This document shows positions 25,346 to 32,688 of a stretch of DNA of 32,688 nucleotides, in pieces. This stretch comes from an uncultured Clostridia bacterium (GTDB taxonomy: Bacteria > Bacillota > Clostridia > Lachnospirales > Lachnospiraceae). Each line of letters begins with the position of its first letter. Position 1 is the stretch's first letter. The notes under the pieces were generated by a model. That model searched no databases, was not told where the DNA came from, and was given only the letters and a program-made list of their open reading frames with translations. The stretch lies in contig CAMONF010000216.1 in NCBI GenBank assembly GCA_946620335.1, positions 1-32,688 on the forward strand, read 5' to 3'. Position numbers and translations under genes: made by a program.

Positions 25346-25829
25346 TCTCTTCTCTCCCGTCCGTACCGGCTGCTGCGGTACCCAGGCGGACGATCTGCCG
25401 CGCTTCCGGGTACCGCATCCCGTAATCATCCTGCGCCCTGCGGATGATCTCCTCCATGGGAATCTGTGAATACAGTTCATCCGCCAGCGCTTCGCTTGTA
25501 TTTCTGCAGTTCAGGACCTGTGTCTCGAGTTTCCTGATCTCGCTTCCCTGCTCCGAAACGGTATGTTTCATCGTCAGGAAAAATGCCGCCGCCCCCATGA
25601 TCAGCACACAGGATAAAGCCAGCACAAGGATATCCGCACGGTTCTCACGTGCCCTGACTGCATTTTCAGCGGCCCGCTTCTTCTGAGCGGCCCTGTTATC
25701 TCTCTTTTTTATCGGGCGGGAAACCTCTTCCGCACGTCTGACGGCACTGCCTTCAACATAGTAGCCGTCTCTCCCCATCCGTGCGGCGGAAGATTTCCCG
25801 CCGAAATTTACAGCATCCCGTTTCATCAC
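25335..25829 (-). CDS. FtsL-like cell division protein
   Basis: YYVEGSAVR motif, one TM, coiled coil ending RAQDDYGMRYP; located between rsmH and the PBP. Confidence 0.75.
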   Translation of the reverse strand: MMKRDAVNFGGKSSAARMGRDGYYVEGSAVRRAEEVSRPIKKRDNRAAQKKRAAENAVRARENRADILVLALSCVLIMGAAAFFLTMKHTVSEQGSEIRKLETQVLNCRNTSEALADELYSQIPMEEIIRRAQDDYGMRYPEARQIVRLGTAAAGTDGREENAA

Positions 25830-25871
25830 GAGTCCCCCTTTTAAAGGAATGCACTCCCCTGCATCCCTTAT

Positions 25872-26813
25872 TTACCCAAAGTGTTTCTCGAACACTCTGA
25901 GCTTCGCGCTCTTCGACCGCGGGTTCGCCTCCATTTCCTCCTCCGAAGGCAGGATCGGTTTACGGGTGATCACGCGTCCTTTGGACTTCTTCCCGCACAC
26001 GCAGACCGGAAAATCCGGCGGGCAGGTGCAGGGGTTTTCATTTCTCCGGAAAGCCGCCTTCACAATGCGGTCCTCCAGCGAATGAAACGTGATCACGCAC
26101 AGCCTTCCTCCGTCGGAAAGAAGGTCGATCATGGCGTCCAGACTGTCAGACAGGGCTGTCAGTTCCCCGTTCAGCTCGATCCTCAGTGCCTGGAATGTCC
26201 TCTTGGCCGGATGTCCCCCCGTCTTCTGAACCTTCATCGGAATCGCCGCCTTTATGATCGAGGCTAACTCCCCAGTCGTCTCGATTTTCTTTCGGCTGCG
26301 CTCCTGCACGATGTGCTTCGCGATGTTCTTTGCGAACCGGTCTTCCCCATAGTCCCGGATGATCCGGTACAGCTCCGCCTCCGATGCTTCATTGACCAGA
26401 TCCGCGGCTGTGCGCGTCTCCCGCTGGTCCATCCGCATGTCAAGCGGCGCATCCGCCATGTAGGAAAACCCCCGCTCCGCCGTGTCCAGCTGGTACGAGG
26501 ATACGCCGAGGTCGAGAACGATCCCGTCGACCCGGCTGATCGACAGTGCGCGCAGGATCTCCGGCATCTCGCTGTAATTGCCCCTCACGATCGTGACTCT
26601 GTCACCGTAAGGCTTAAGGCGCTCCCCAGCAGCCTCAATTGCAGCCTGATCCCTGTCGATCCCGATAAGTCTGCCGGTAGATGAAAGGTGAGCCAGTATC
26701 GCCTCCGAATGGCCTCCTCCGCCCAGGGTCCCGTCCGCATAAATGCCTTCCGGGCGTATGAGAAGGTTCTCGATCACCGCATCGCGCAGCACAGTTACAT
26801 GATGGAATTCCAT
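25872..26813 (-). CDS. rsmH: 16S rRNA m4C1402 methyltransferase
   Basis: [54 protein letters not shown]. Confidence 0.98.
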   Translation of the reverse strand: MEFHHVTVLRDAVIENLLIRPEGIYADGTLGGGGHSEAILAHLSSTGRLIGIDRDQAAIEAAGERLKPYGDRVTIVRGNYSEMPEILRALSISRVDGIVLDLGVSSYQLDTAERGFSYMADAPLDMRMDQRETRTAADLVNEASEAELYRIIRDYGEDRFAKNIAKHIVQERSRKKIETTGELASIIKAAIPMKVQKTGGHPAKRTFQALRIELNGELTALSDSLDAMIDLLSDGGRLCVITFHSLEDRIVKAAFRRNENPCTCPPDFPVCVCGKKSKGRVITRKPILPSEEEMEANPRSKSAKLRVFEKHFG

Positions 26814-26828
26814 AAAACTCCTTTCCTG

Positions 26829-27269
26829 TCAGAATCTTACGCCAAGAGCTTTCGCCTTCTTCCGCATTTCCTCCTTCGAGCGGAACTTGCGGCGGCACTC
26901 CTCATCCCAGCGCTCCGCGCCCCAGATCGTAAAATAATCGTCCGATCCGACCACGACCGCCTCCTTGCCGATAGCGGCTTCTTCCCTCAGATCCTGCGGC
27001 AGCAGGATCCTCCCCTGAGGGTCGATGCTCACTTCCCGTGTCGATGAGAGAATGTAGTTCTTGAGATCCATCAGTTCTTCATCCGTACTGCTGATTTCGG
27101 TCAGAGACTTCGTGTGTTCCCGGAACGCCGACTCCGGATAGACGGATAAATTATCAGAGAAGGCGCTGGTCACATACAGCGTCTCCCTGCCGATCATTTC
27201 CCGAAACTTCGAAGGAATGATCAGTCTCCCCTTTCCGTCTACCGAATGTCTGAACGACCCAATGAACAT
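26829..27269 (-). CDS. mraZ: dcw cluster repressor MraZ
   Basis: Two AbrB-like repeats, DGKGRLIIP and DPQGRILLP; first gene of the dcw cluster; start ATG 27269 or GTG 27272. Confidence 0.95.
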   Translation of the reverse strand: MFIGSFRHSVDGKGRLIIPSKFREMIGRETLYVTSAFSDNLSVYPESAFREHTKSLTEISSTDEELMDLKNYILSSTREVSIDPQGRILLPQDLREEAAIGKEAVVVGSDDYFTIWGAERWDEECRRKFRSKEEMRKKAKALGVRF

Positions 27270-27276
27270 CACTTTC

Positions 27277-27313
27277 TCCCACTTTGTGGGGGTAATCTAC
27301 CACTTCCTCCCAC
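27277..27313 (-). promoter_or_regulatory. MraZ-binding GTGG repeats
   Basis: GTGGGA (27313-27308), GTGGTA (27303-27298) and GTGGGA (27282-27277) between the promoter and the mraZ start. Confidence 0.7.
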
Positions 27314-27321
27314 ATGCTTAC

Positions 27322-27350
27322 ATTCTACGACACAAATCCCGGAAATGCAA
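27322..27350 (-). promoter_or_regulatory. sigma-A promoter of the dcw cluster
   Basis: TTGCAT (27350-27345), 17 nt, TAGAAT (27327-27322). Confidence 0.7.
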
Positions 27351-27360
27351 GTATCTGGTT

Positions 27361-27391
27361 AAAAACAAAAAAACCCGGCATATACGCCGGG
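27361..27391 (-). terminator. Intrinsic terminator downstream of lgt
   Basis: CCCGGC-GUAUAU-GCCGGG followed by UUUUUUUGUUUUU on the minus strand. Confidence 0.75.
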
Positions 27392-27517
27392 AAACAACAA
27401 GATATAGTTATGCATTCCTGCAAGGCAGCTATATCTTGTAAATATCAGCGTATATGCCGGGAAAAATCCCGTAAAATTTTGTTGAAAATACCGGTGAACT
27501 TCTGTTCGAAAGCCGGA

Positions 27518-28399
27518 TTACTCAACCAAGGCCTCTCCCCCACTTTGTTTTCCGGCCCTCTTCCGGCCGATGAAAATGGCGGTAAGACCTCCCACAACGC
27601 ACACGGCCGCGACGATCATCGAGACCGGAATGCCCGTGCCGAAGAGCTTCAGCTGGTCGGTCCTCAGCGTCTCGATCATAAAGCGCCCCGTCCCGTAGGC
27701 AGCGAGGTACCACAGGAAGAGTTCCCCGTCGAACTTCGTCTTCTTCCGCATGAAGAAGAGGAAAATGAGCACCAGGACGTTCCAGGCGCTCTCGTAGAGA
27801 AAGGTCGGATGCACCTGCACGTAGCGCACGCCGTCGATCTCCGCCACGTGCTCCCACATTTCCGCCGTGATCTCGTGCTGGCGCACCGCGGAAACCGGCA
27901 GCTGCATCGCGAAGAGTCCGTCCGTGTAGCCGCCGAACGCCTCCCGGTTGAAGAAGTTGCCCCAGCGACCCATGATCTGTCCGACCGGAACCGCCATGGC
28001 CGCCGCCTCGAAGCCCTTTCCGGGCGGGATCTTCTTCCAGCGGCAGGCAAACGCGATCGCGATCACCCCGAAGATAATGCCCCCGTAGATCGCCAGCCCG
28101 CCCTCACGGATATTGAAGATCGAGAGCAGGTTGTCCTTGTAGGCATCCCAGGCGAAGACCACGTAGTAGACGCGCGCGCCGATGACGCCGGTCACGACCG
28201 TGACGAGGAAGGCGTCCATGAGATCGTCCTCCCTGAGACCGAGCTCTCTTCCCCTCCGCGTCAGGACGAACACGGCGAGCATCATGCCGATCGCGATCAC
28301 GATCCCGTAATAGGCGATCGTGAAGTTCCCGATGCTGATCGTCTTCCCGACGTGGGGCAGATAAATCCCGAGATTCGGAAAATTGATATTGTAATCCAT
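27518..28399 (-). CDS. lgt: Prolipoprotein diacylglyceryl transferase
   Basis: YYGI, IGARVYYV, GGLAIYGG, GRWGNFFNREAFG, HPTFLYES, GRFMIETLR. Confidence 0.97.
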   Translation of the reverse strand: MDYNINFPNLGIYLPHVGKTISIGNFTIAYYGIVIAIGMMLAVFVLTRRGRELGLREDDLMDAFLVTVVTGVIGARVYYVVFAWDAYKDNLLSIFNIREGGLAIYGGIIFGVIAIAFACRWKKIPPGKGFEAAAMAVPVGQIMGRWGNFFNREAFGGYTDGLFAMQLPVSAVRQHEITAEMWEHVAEIDGVRYVQVHPTFLYESAWNVLVLIFLFFMRKKTKFDGELFLWYLAAYGTGRFMIETLRTDQLKLFGTGIPVSMIVAAVCVVGGLTAIFIGRKRAGKQSGGEALVE

Positions 28400-28421
28400 C
28401 GTTCAGCCTCTCGCGGCCGGG

Positions 28422-29525
28422 TCAGACGTTGAAGCGGAACAGGATGACATCCCCGTCCCTCACGACGTACTCCTTGCCTTCGATGCGGATAAGGCCTTTC
28501 TCTCTCGCCGCCGCGTAGGATCCGGCTTCGAGAAGTTCCTTATAATTGATGACCTCCGCCTTGATGAAGCCGCGCTCGAAATCGCTGTGGATCTTGCCCG
28601 CCGCCTTCGGCGCCTTGCAGCCGATCGGAATGGTCCAGGCGCGGGTCTCGTCCTCGCCGGTGGTGAGGAAGCTCATGAGGCCGAGCAGGTGGTAGCTGGC
28701 CGCGATCAGCTTCTCAAGGCCGGACTTCTCGATGCCGAGATCCGCGAGGAACTCTGCCTTCTCGTCGTCCTCGAGCTCCGCGATCTCCTCCTCGATCTGC
28801 GCGGAAATGACAAAAACCTCCGCCCCTTCCTTCGCGGCGATCTCCCGGACGGTCGCGACATACTCATTGGAAGCGCCGTCGTCCGCGAGGTCGGAATCCT
28901 CCACGTTGGCAGCGTAGATCACCGGCTTGTCGGTGAGCAGGTCGAGGCTCTCCTTGAACTTCACGTTCTCCTCATCCTCCGGGACGAAGCTCATCGCCTT
29001 CTGCCCGTTCTCCAGATGCGCCTTGAGTTCGCAGAGAAGGTCGTATTCGCGCTTCGCGTCCTTGCTGGCCCCGGACTTCGCGGTCTTCGCGGTCTTGCCG
29101 ATGCGGCGCTCGAGGACCTCCAGATCCGCGAAAATGAGCTCCAGCTCGATCGTCTCAATATCCCTCGCCGGGTCAATGCTGCCTTCGACGTGGATGATGT
29201 TTTCATTTTCAAAGCAGCGGACCACATGCACGATCGCGTCGCACTCGCGGATGTTCGCGAGGAACTGGTTGCCGAGACCCTCGCCCTTGGAGGCTCCGCG
29301 CACCAGACCGGCGATGTCGACGAACTCTATCACGGCCGGCGTGGTCTTCTTCGAGTGCGAAAAATCGGAGAGCAGCTTCAGGCGCTCATCCGGGACGGCT
29401 ACGATCCCGATGTTCGGATCGATGGTGCAGAACGGGAAGGTGGCGGAAGCCGCTCCGGCTTTGGTCAGCGAGTTGAACAGTGTGCTCTTCCCGACGTTAG
29501 GAAGTCCGACGATACCTAATTTCAT
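28422..29525 (-). CDS. ychF: Obg-family ATPase YchF
   Basis: GIVGLPNVGKSTLFN, PFCTIDPN, DIAGLV, GEGLGNQFL, TGS domain ending EGKEYVVRDGD..FRFNV. Confidence 0.98.
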   Translation of the reverse strand: MKLGIVGLPNVGKSTLFNSLTKAGAASATFPFCTIDPNIGIVAVPDERLKLLSDFSHSKKTTPAVIEFVDIAGLVRGASKGEGLGNQFLANIRECDAIVHVVRCFENENIIHVEGSIDPARDIETIELELIFADLEVLERRIGKTAKTAKSGASKDAKREYDLLCELKAHLENGQKAMSFVPEDEENVKFKESLDLLTDKPVIYAANVEDSDLADDGASNEYVATVREIAAKEGAEVFVISAQIEEEIAELEDDEKAEFLADLGIEKSGLEKLIAASYHLLGLMSFLTTGEDETRAWTIPIGCKAPKAAGKIHSDFERGFIKAEVINYKELLEAGSYAAAREKGLIRIEGKEYVVRDGDVILFRFNV

Positions 29526-29559
29526 TTATGTATATTCTCCTTGTTCGTATTTGTGTTTC

Positions 29560-30504
29560 TCAGCGTTTGATCTCCTCAATCTTCTCCTGCAGCTCCGCGA
29601 TCTCCGCCTGCTTCGATGACCGGAAAGCCTCGTACTCGGCGGCTGCCTCATCGTTCTGCGCCCTGATCGTCCGAAGGACACCGTAGGCTTTGTCCGCCGA
29701 CTGAACGTTCATCTCTCCTCTCGCCCCGGCGTCCGCAATGGCTGCGGTCCACTCCGTGACGCGGTCAAATGTGAGCGTTCCCTGAGCACAGGACACCAGA
29801 TCCAGCACGATCGCCATGGAGACCTTGTTGGATCTCACCGTGCGGAGCGAGCTGTCGACACTGGAATCCATCGTGCGGATGAAGCTGTAGGAGAGATACG
29901 GCGTCCCGGACGGCAGTGTCCCGCACGCCCCGTTGTCGCTGTAAAATGCATACCCCGCAAACGCCTCATCCAGGATAAAGGCGCGGTTCTCAGACGAATC
30001 GTCGGACTTTCTGAGCAGGAAGGAGATGCCTCCCCTGAACCCGTAGGAGGGCATTTCAGCAAGAAGCATGCGGGCGTTGGCCAGCACCTCATCGGTAAAC
30101 GGCGATCCGGTCAGCATGATGTCCGCCGGATTGCCGGCTTCCGCGAGCGCCTCCGCGATGAGACGGAGATTCTCCTCCGTCTGGCCGCAGTCCAGGACCA
30201 CGGTCGGCTTGAACCCGTACGTCTCCCCCATGGAGACGACGAACGAGACATCCTCGGGGGCGGCAAGCTGGTAGGCGATGACGGCGGTGCCCTGGTCCGG
30301 CGTCACCTCGGCTGCCCTCTCCTGCGCCTTGATTTCAGCCTCGAGCTCCTGGATCCGGATCTCATACTGCCTCGCCTCGACCTCCGCCTTCACTTTGGCG
30401 CTGTCGCGCGCCTTGTCCGCCGCCGCGTCCTGCCATATAAAAAACAGCAGCACCGCGCCGAGAGCAAACGTAACGATCGCCAGCAATATTCTTTTAATGT
30501 CCAT
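29560..30504 (-). CDS. Membrane-anchored hypothetical protein (TM, coiled coil, alpha/beta domain, coiled coil)
   Basis: 314-aa ORF with AGGAGA RBS, N-terminal TM, heptad segments at both ends; fills the gap between rsgA and ychF. Confidence 0.8.
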   Translation of the reverse strand: MDIKRILLAIVTFALGAVLLFFIWQDAAADKARDSAKVKAEVEARQYEIRIQELEAEIKAQERAAEVTPDQGTAVIAYQLAAPEDVSFVVSMGETYGFKPTVVLDCGQTEENLRLIAEALAEAGNPADIMLTGSPFTDEVLANARMLLAEMPSYGFRGGISFLLRKSDDSSENRAFILDEAFAGYAFYSDNGACGTLPSGTPYLSYSFIRTMDSSVDSSLRTVRSNKVSMAIVLDLVSCAQGTLTFDRVTEWTAAIADAGARGEMNVQSADKAYGVLRTIRAQNDEAAAEYEAFRSSKQAEIAELQEKIEEIKR

Positions 30505-30560
30505 ACTCTTCTCCTGTCTCCGCTAATTTCATGGATTGAGGCGCTTCCGCCGCGCCTTTC

Positions 30561-31445
30561 TCAGTATCGATGCTTCTCCTGCTCTTTGAGATCCCGGAAG
30601 ATGCCGGTGTAGTTCATGTACCGGACCCTGCTGATGGCGCCTTTCTCCACGGCCTCCTTGACGCGGCAGTCCGGTTCGTCCACATGGACGCAGCCGTCGA
30701 AGCGGCATTTTCCTTCACATGGCGCGAATTCCGCGTAATAGTGCCGCAGCTCTTCCTTCATGATCCCGCGCGTCTCGAGAAATGTAAACCCCGGCGTATC
30801 GCAGAGGTATGTCCCGGACCCGCAGGCGATCAGCTCCGCATGGCGGGTCGTATTCTTACCGCGCATAAGCTTCCGCGAGATCTCCCCGGTCTCCATGTGC
30901 ACGTTCGACTGGCAGGCGTTGGTCAGAGAGGATTTGCCGACGCCGGAAGGCCCGGCGAGCAGCGTCGTCTTCCCGGCGAGATACGCCTTCACCTCGTCAA
31001 GTCCGATACCGTTCCCGATCGAGGAGAAAAACAGCTCATGACCGCTGTCCCGGTAGATCCCGCGCAGCGTCTCCTTCTCCTCCTCGCTTCCCAGATCCTC
31101 CTTGTTGAAGAGGATCGCCGAAGGCACCCCCTGCTGATCCATCGCGATGAGAAAGCGGTCGAGCAGCATCAGGTTCGGGTCCGGGCTGTGAAGCGCAAAG
31201 AGTACGAGCGCCTGGTCCACATTGGCGGCCGCCGGCCGGAAGAGTTCGTTTCTCCGCGGCAGGAGGCTCGTGATATTTCCCTCCATATCGGGAAGGCAGG
31301 TGATCTCAAACGTCACATCGTCGCCCACCAGCGGTTTCTGGCCGAGTTTTCGGAAAATGCCCTTCGCCCGGCACTCGTAAATGCCCTCTTCTCCCGCATC
31401 CACATAATAAAAACCGCCTACGCCGCGTATGATCTTTCCCCGCAT
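30561..31445 (-). CDS. rsgA: Ribosome small subunit-dependent GTPase A
   Basis: OB-fold start MRGKIIRG, circularly permuted NKED / GPSGVGKSS / DTPGF, C-terminal CRFDGCVHVDEPDC; ATG 31445 after GAAGGAAGGA. Confidence 0.96.
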   Translation of the reverse strand: MRGKIIRGVGGFYYVDAGEEGIYECRAKGIFRKLGQKPLVGDDVTFEITCLPDMEGNITSLLPRRNELFRPAAANVDQALVLFALHSPDPNLMLLDRFLIAMDQQGVPSAILFNKEDLGSEEEKETLRGIYRDSGHELFFSSIGNGIGLDEVKAYLAGKTTLLAGPSGVGKSSLTNACQSNVHMETGEISRKLMRGKNTTRHAELIACGSGTYLCDTPGFTFLETRGIMKEELRHYYAEFAPCEGKCRFDGCVHVDEPDCRVKEAVEKGAISRVRYMNYTGIFRDLKEQEKHRY

Positions 31446-31456
31446 ATTCCTTCCTT

Positions 31457-31492
31457 CAAAAGAGACCGTCCGCACGAAAGAGCGGACGGTCT
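31457..31492 (-). terminator. Stem-loop between the kinase gene and rsgA
   Basis: AGACCGTCCGC 31463-31473 / GCGGACGGTCT 31482-31492; CUUUUG follows on the minus strand. Confidence 0.55.
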
Positions 31493-31515
31493 TCATTTTA
31501 TCTTCCTGCTTATCC

Positions 31516-32688
31516 TTACGCGCCCGGATTTGCCGCAGGAGCCGCCTCAGCGGCCGCCTCCGTGGTCTCCGCCTTGCCGTTCACCTGAAACACGATCTCG
31601 GTGCCGGCTGTGACAGGCGTGCCGTTCGCGATGCTCTGGGCGTAAACCTCGCCCTTCTCGACCTCATCCGAAGTGCCGTACTCGATCTTGACGTTCAGGC
31701 CGTCCCGCTTGGCCGCATTGGTCGCCTGCGCTTCCGGAAGACCGGTGTAGGAGTAGACCGTGACGGATGTGTTCGGGTCGACCGGCACCGTGGTGGTGTC
31801 CGTGGACTCCGTCGGCGTCTGGGTCGGAGCCGGCGGATTCGCCGGACCTGTGCTGACCACGATCGTGACCGTGTCCGTCTTCTGGATCAGCTCGCCCGCG
31901 GCCGGATTGACGGAGATGACCACACCCGCCGTCACCGTATCGCTGTTCGCCCCGGCGACGCTCACATTGCTGAAGCCTGCCGAGTTGAGGATGGCGATGG
32001 CATTTTCCTGCGTCTGGCCTGCGACAGCCGGTACTGCGGTGCCCGCAGGGCCTGCCGACAGGTAGTAGCTGATGGAGGAGTTGAGCTCAACCTGCGATCC
32101 CGCCTCCGGATCCTGATGAATGACCGTCCCGGCCGGATAGATGTCCGAATGCTCCTCGCCCAGATACTGGATGCCGAGACCCTTCGAGTTGGCTGCGGTC
32201 CTGGCCGCGTCCTCGGTGAGCCCGACGAGCTCAGGCACGTCGATGGTCTCCGGAACGACTTCCGTCGGGGTGGGCGTCGGCGTCTCCGTCGGGGTGGGCG
32301 TCGGCGTCTCCGTCGGGGTGGGCGTCGGCGTCTCCGTCGGCGTCTCCGTCACGGATTCGACGACAGACGAACTGCTTGAACTGCCGCCGAAGTTGATGAG
32401 GCCGGCTGCCTGCGCGATGAAGTAGATCAGGATCGCGATGATCAGGGCCCCGATGAGGAAGCCCGCTACGGTCAGCAGCTTCTCGAGGATGCCGCCGGCG
32501 CCTTCATCGTCGTCGTCATCTTCCTCCTCATCCTCGTCGTCATAGATATCGCGCCTTCTCTCGGCAGCTTTCTTCGCCGCCTCCGTGGACGCGTAGGTTC
32601 TCTTCTCCGCCTCGCCCTTTTTGGGTTTCTCAGGCGCTTTCGCGTTGATCTCGGCCCGCTCCTCCTCGGTCACCATCGCGGTGTTCGC
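31516..32688 (-). CDS. pknB: C-terminal part of a PASTA-domain Ser/Thr kinase (PrkC/PknB/Stk1); 5' end lies outside the window
   Basis: Juxtamembrane acidic region, TM and three PASTA-like repeats (VPELVGLTE, VPAVAGQTQ, VYSYTGLPE); conserved position upstream of rsgA. The kinase domain itself is not visible. Confidence 0.8.
   Translation of the reverse strand, partial: ANTAMVTEEERAEINAKAPEKPKKGEAEKRTYASTEAAKKAAERRRDIYDDEDEEEDDDDDEGAGGILEKLLTVAGFLIGALIIAILIYFIAQAAGLINFGGSSSSSSVVESVTETPTETPTPTPTETPTPTPTETPTPTPTEVVPETIDVPELVGLTEDAARTAANSKGLGIQYLGEEHSDIYPAGTVIHQDPEAGSQVELNSSISYYLSAGPAGTAVPAVAGQTQENAIAILNSAGFSNVSVAGANSDTVTAGVVISVNPAAGELIQKTDTVTIVVSTGPANPPAPTQTPTESTDTTTVPVDPNTSVTVYSYTGLPEAQATNAAKRDGLNVKIEYGTSDEVEKGEVYAQSIANGTPVTAGTEIVFQVNGKAETTEAAAEAAPAANPGA
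32261..32350. repeat. Coding 24-bp tandem repeat (ETPTPTPT linker)
   Basis: TCCGTCGGGGTGGGCGTCGGCGTC three times at 32261-32332, plus partial units. Confidence 0.95.

Noticed and set aside
31463-31492. Hairpin sharing ACCGTCC/GGACGGT with the repeat family core
   Set aside because: Only 7 nt are shared and the TGGGAA/TTCCCA flanks are absent; better explained as an ordinary terminator.

Overview
High-GC chromosomal segment, Lachnospiraceae/Clostridia-like by gene content (inference), with every credible gene on the minus strand. In transcription order (right to left): the C-terminal part of a PASTA Ser/Thr kinase (prkC/pknB), rsgA, a membrane-anchored hypothetical protein, ychF, lgt, a reduced dcw cluster (mraZ-rsmH-ftsL-like-PBP-mraY-murD-ftsQ-ftsZ), an ~18 kb accessory beta-mannoside utilisation island, and nrdR. 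The island holds three tandem LacI-family regulators, a sugar ABC transporter, a mannobiose 2-epimerase, two GH130 phosphorylases, a mannose-6-P isomerase-ROK fusion, DUF624, a phosphomannomutase, a SASA-type acetylesterase and a membrane protein. The most notable observations are: (1) a family of ~40-nt hairpin units forming perfect dyads with co-varying arms that bracket the island and the LacI cassette; (2) a shared TTAAATT-N6-AATTTAA palindrome in both island promoters, next to LacI proteins lacking the hinge motif; (3) a PMI-ROK fusion whose ATP-binding loops are degenerate; (4) degenerate copies of gene 3' ends directly downstream of two genes. All calls come from motif recognition by eye; no database search was run.
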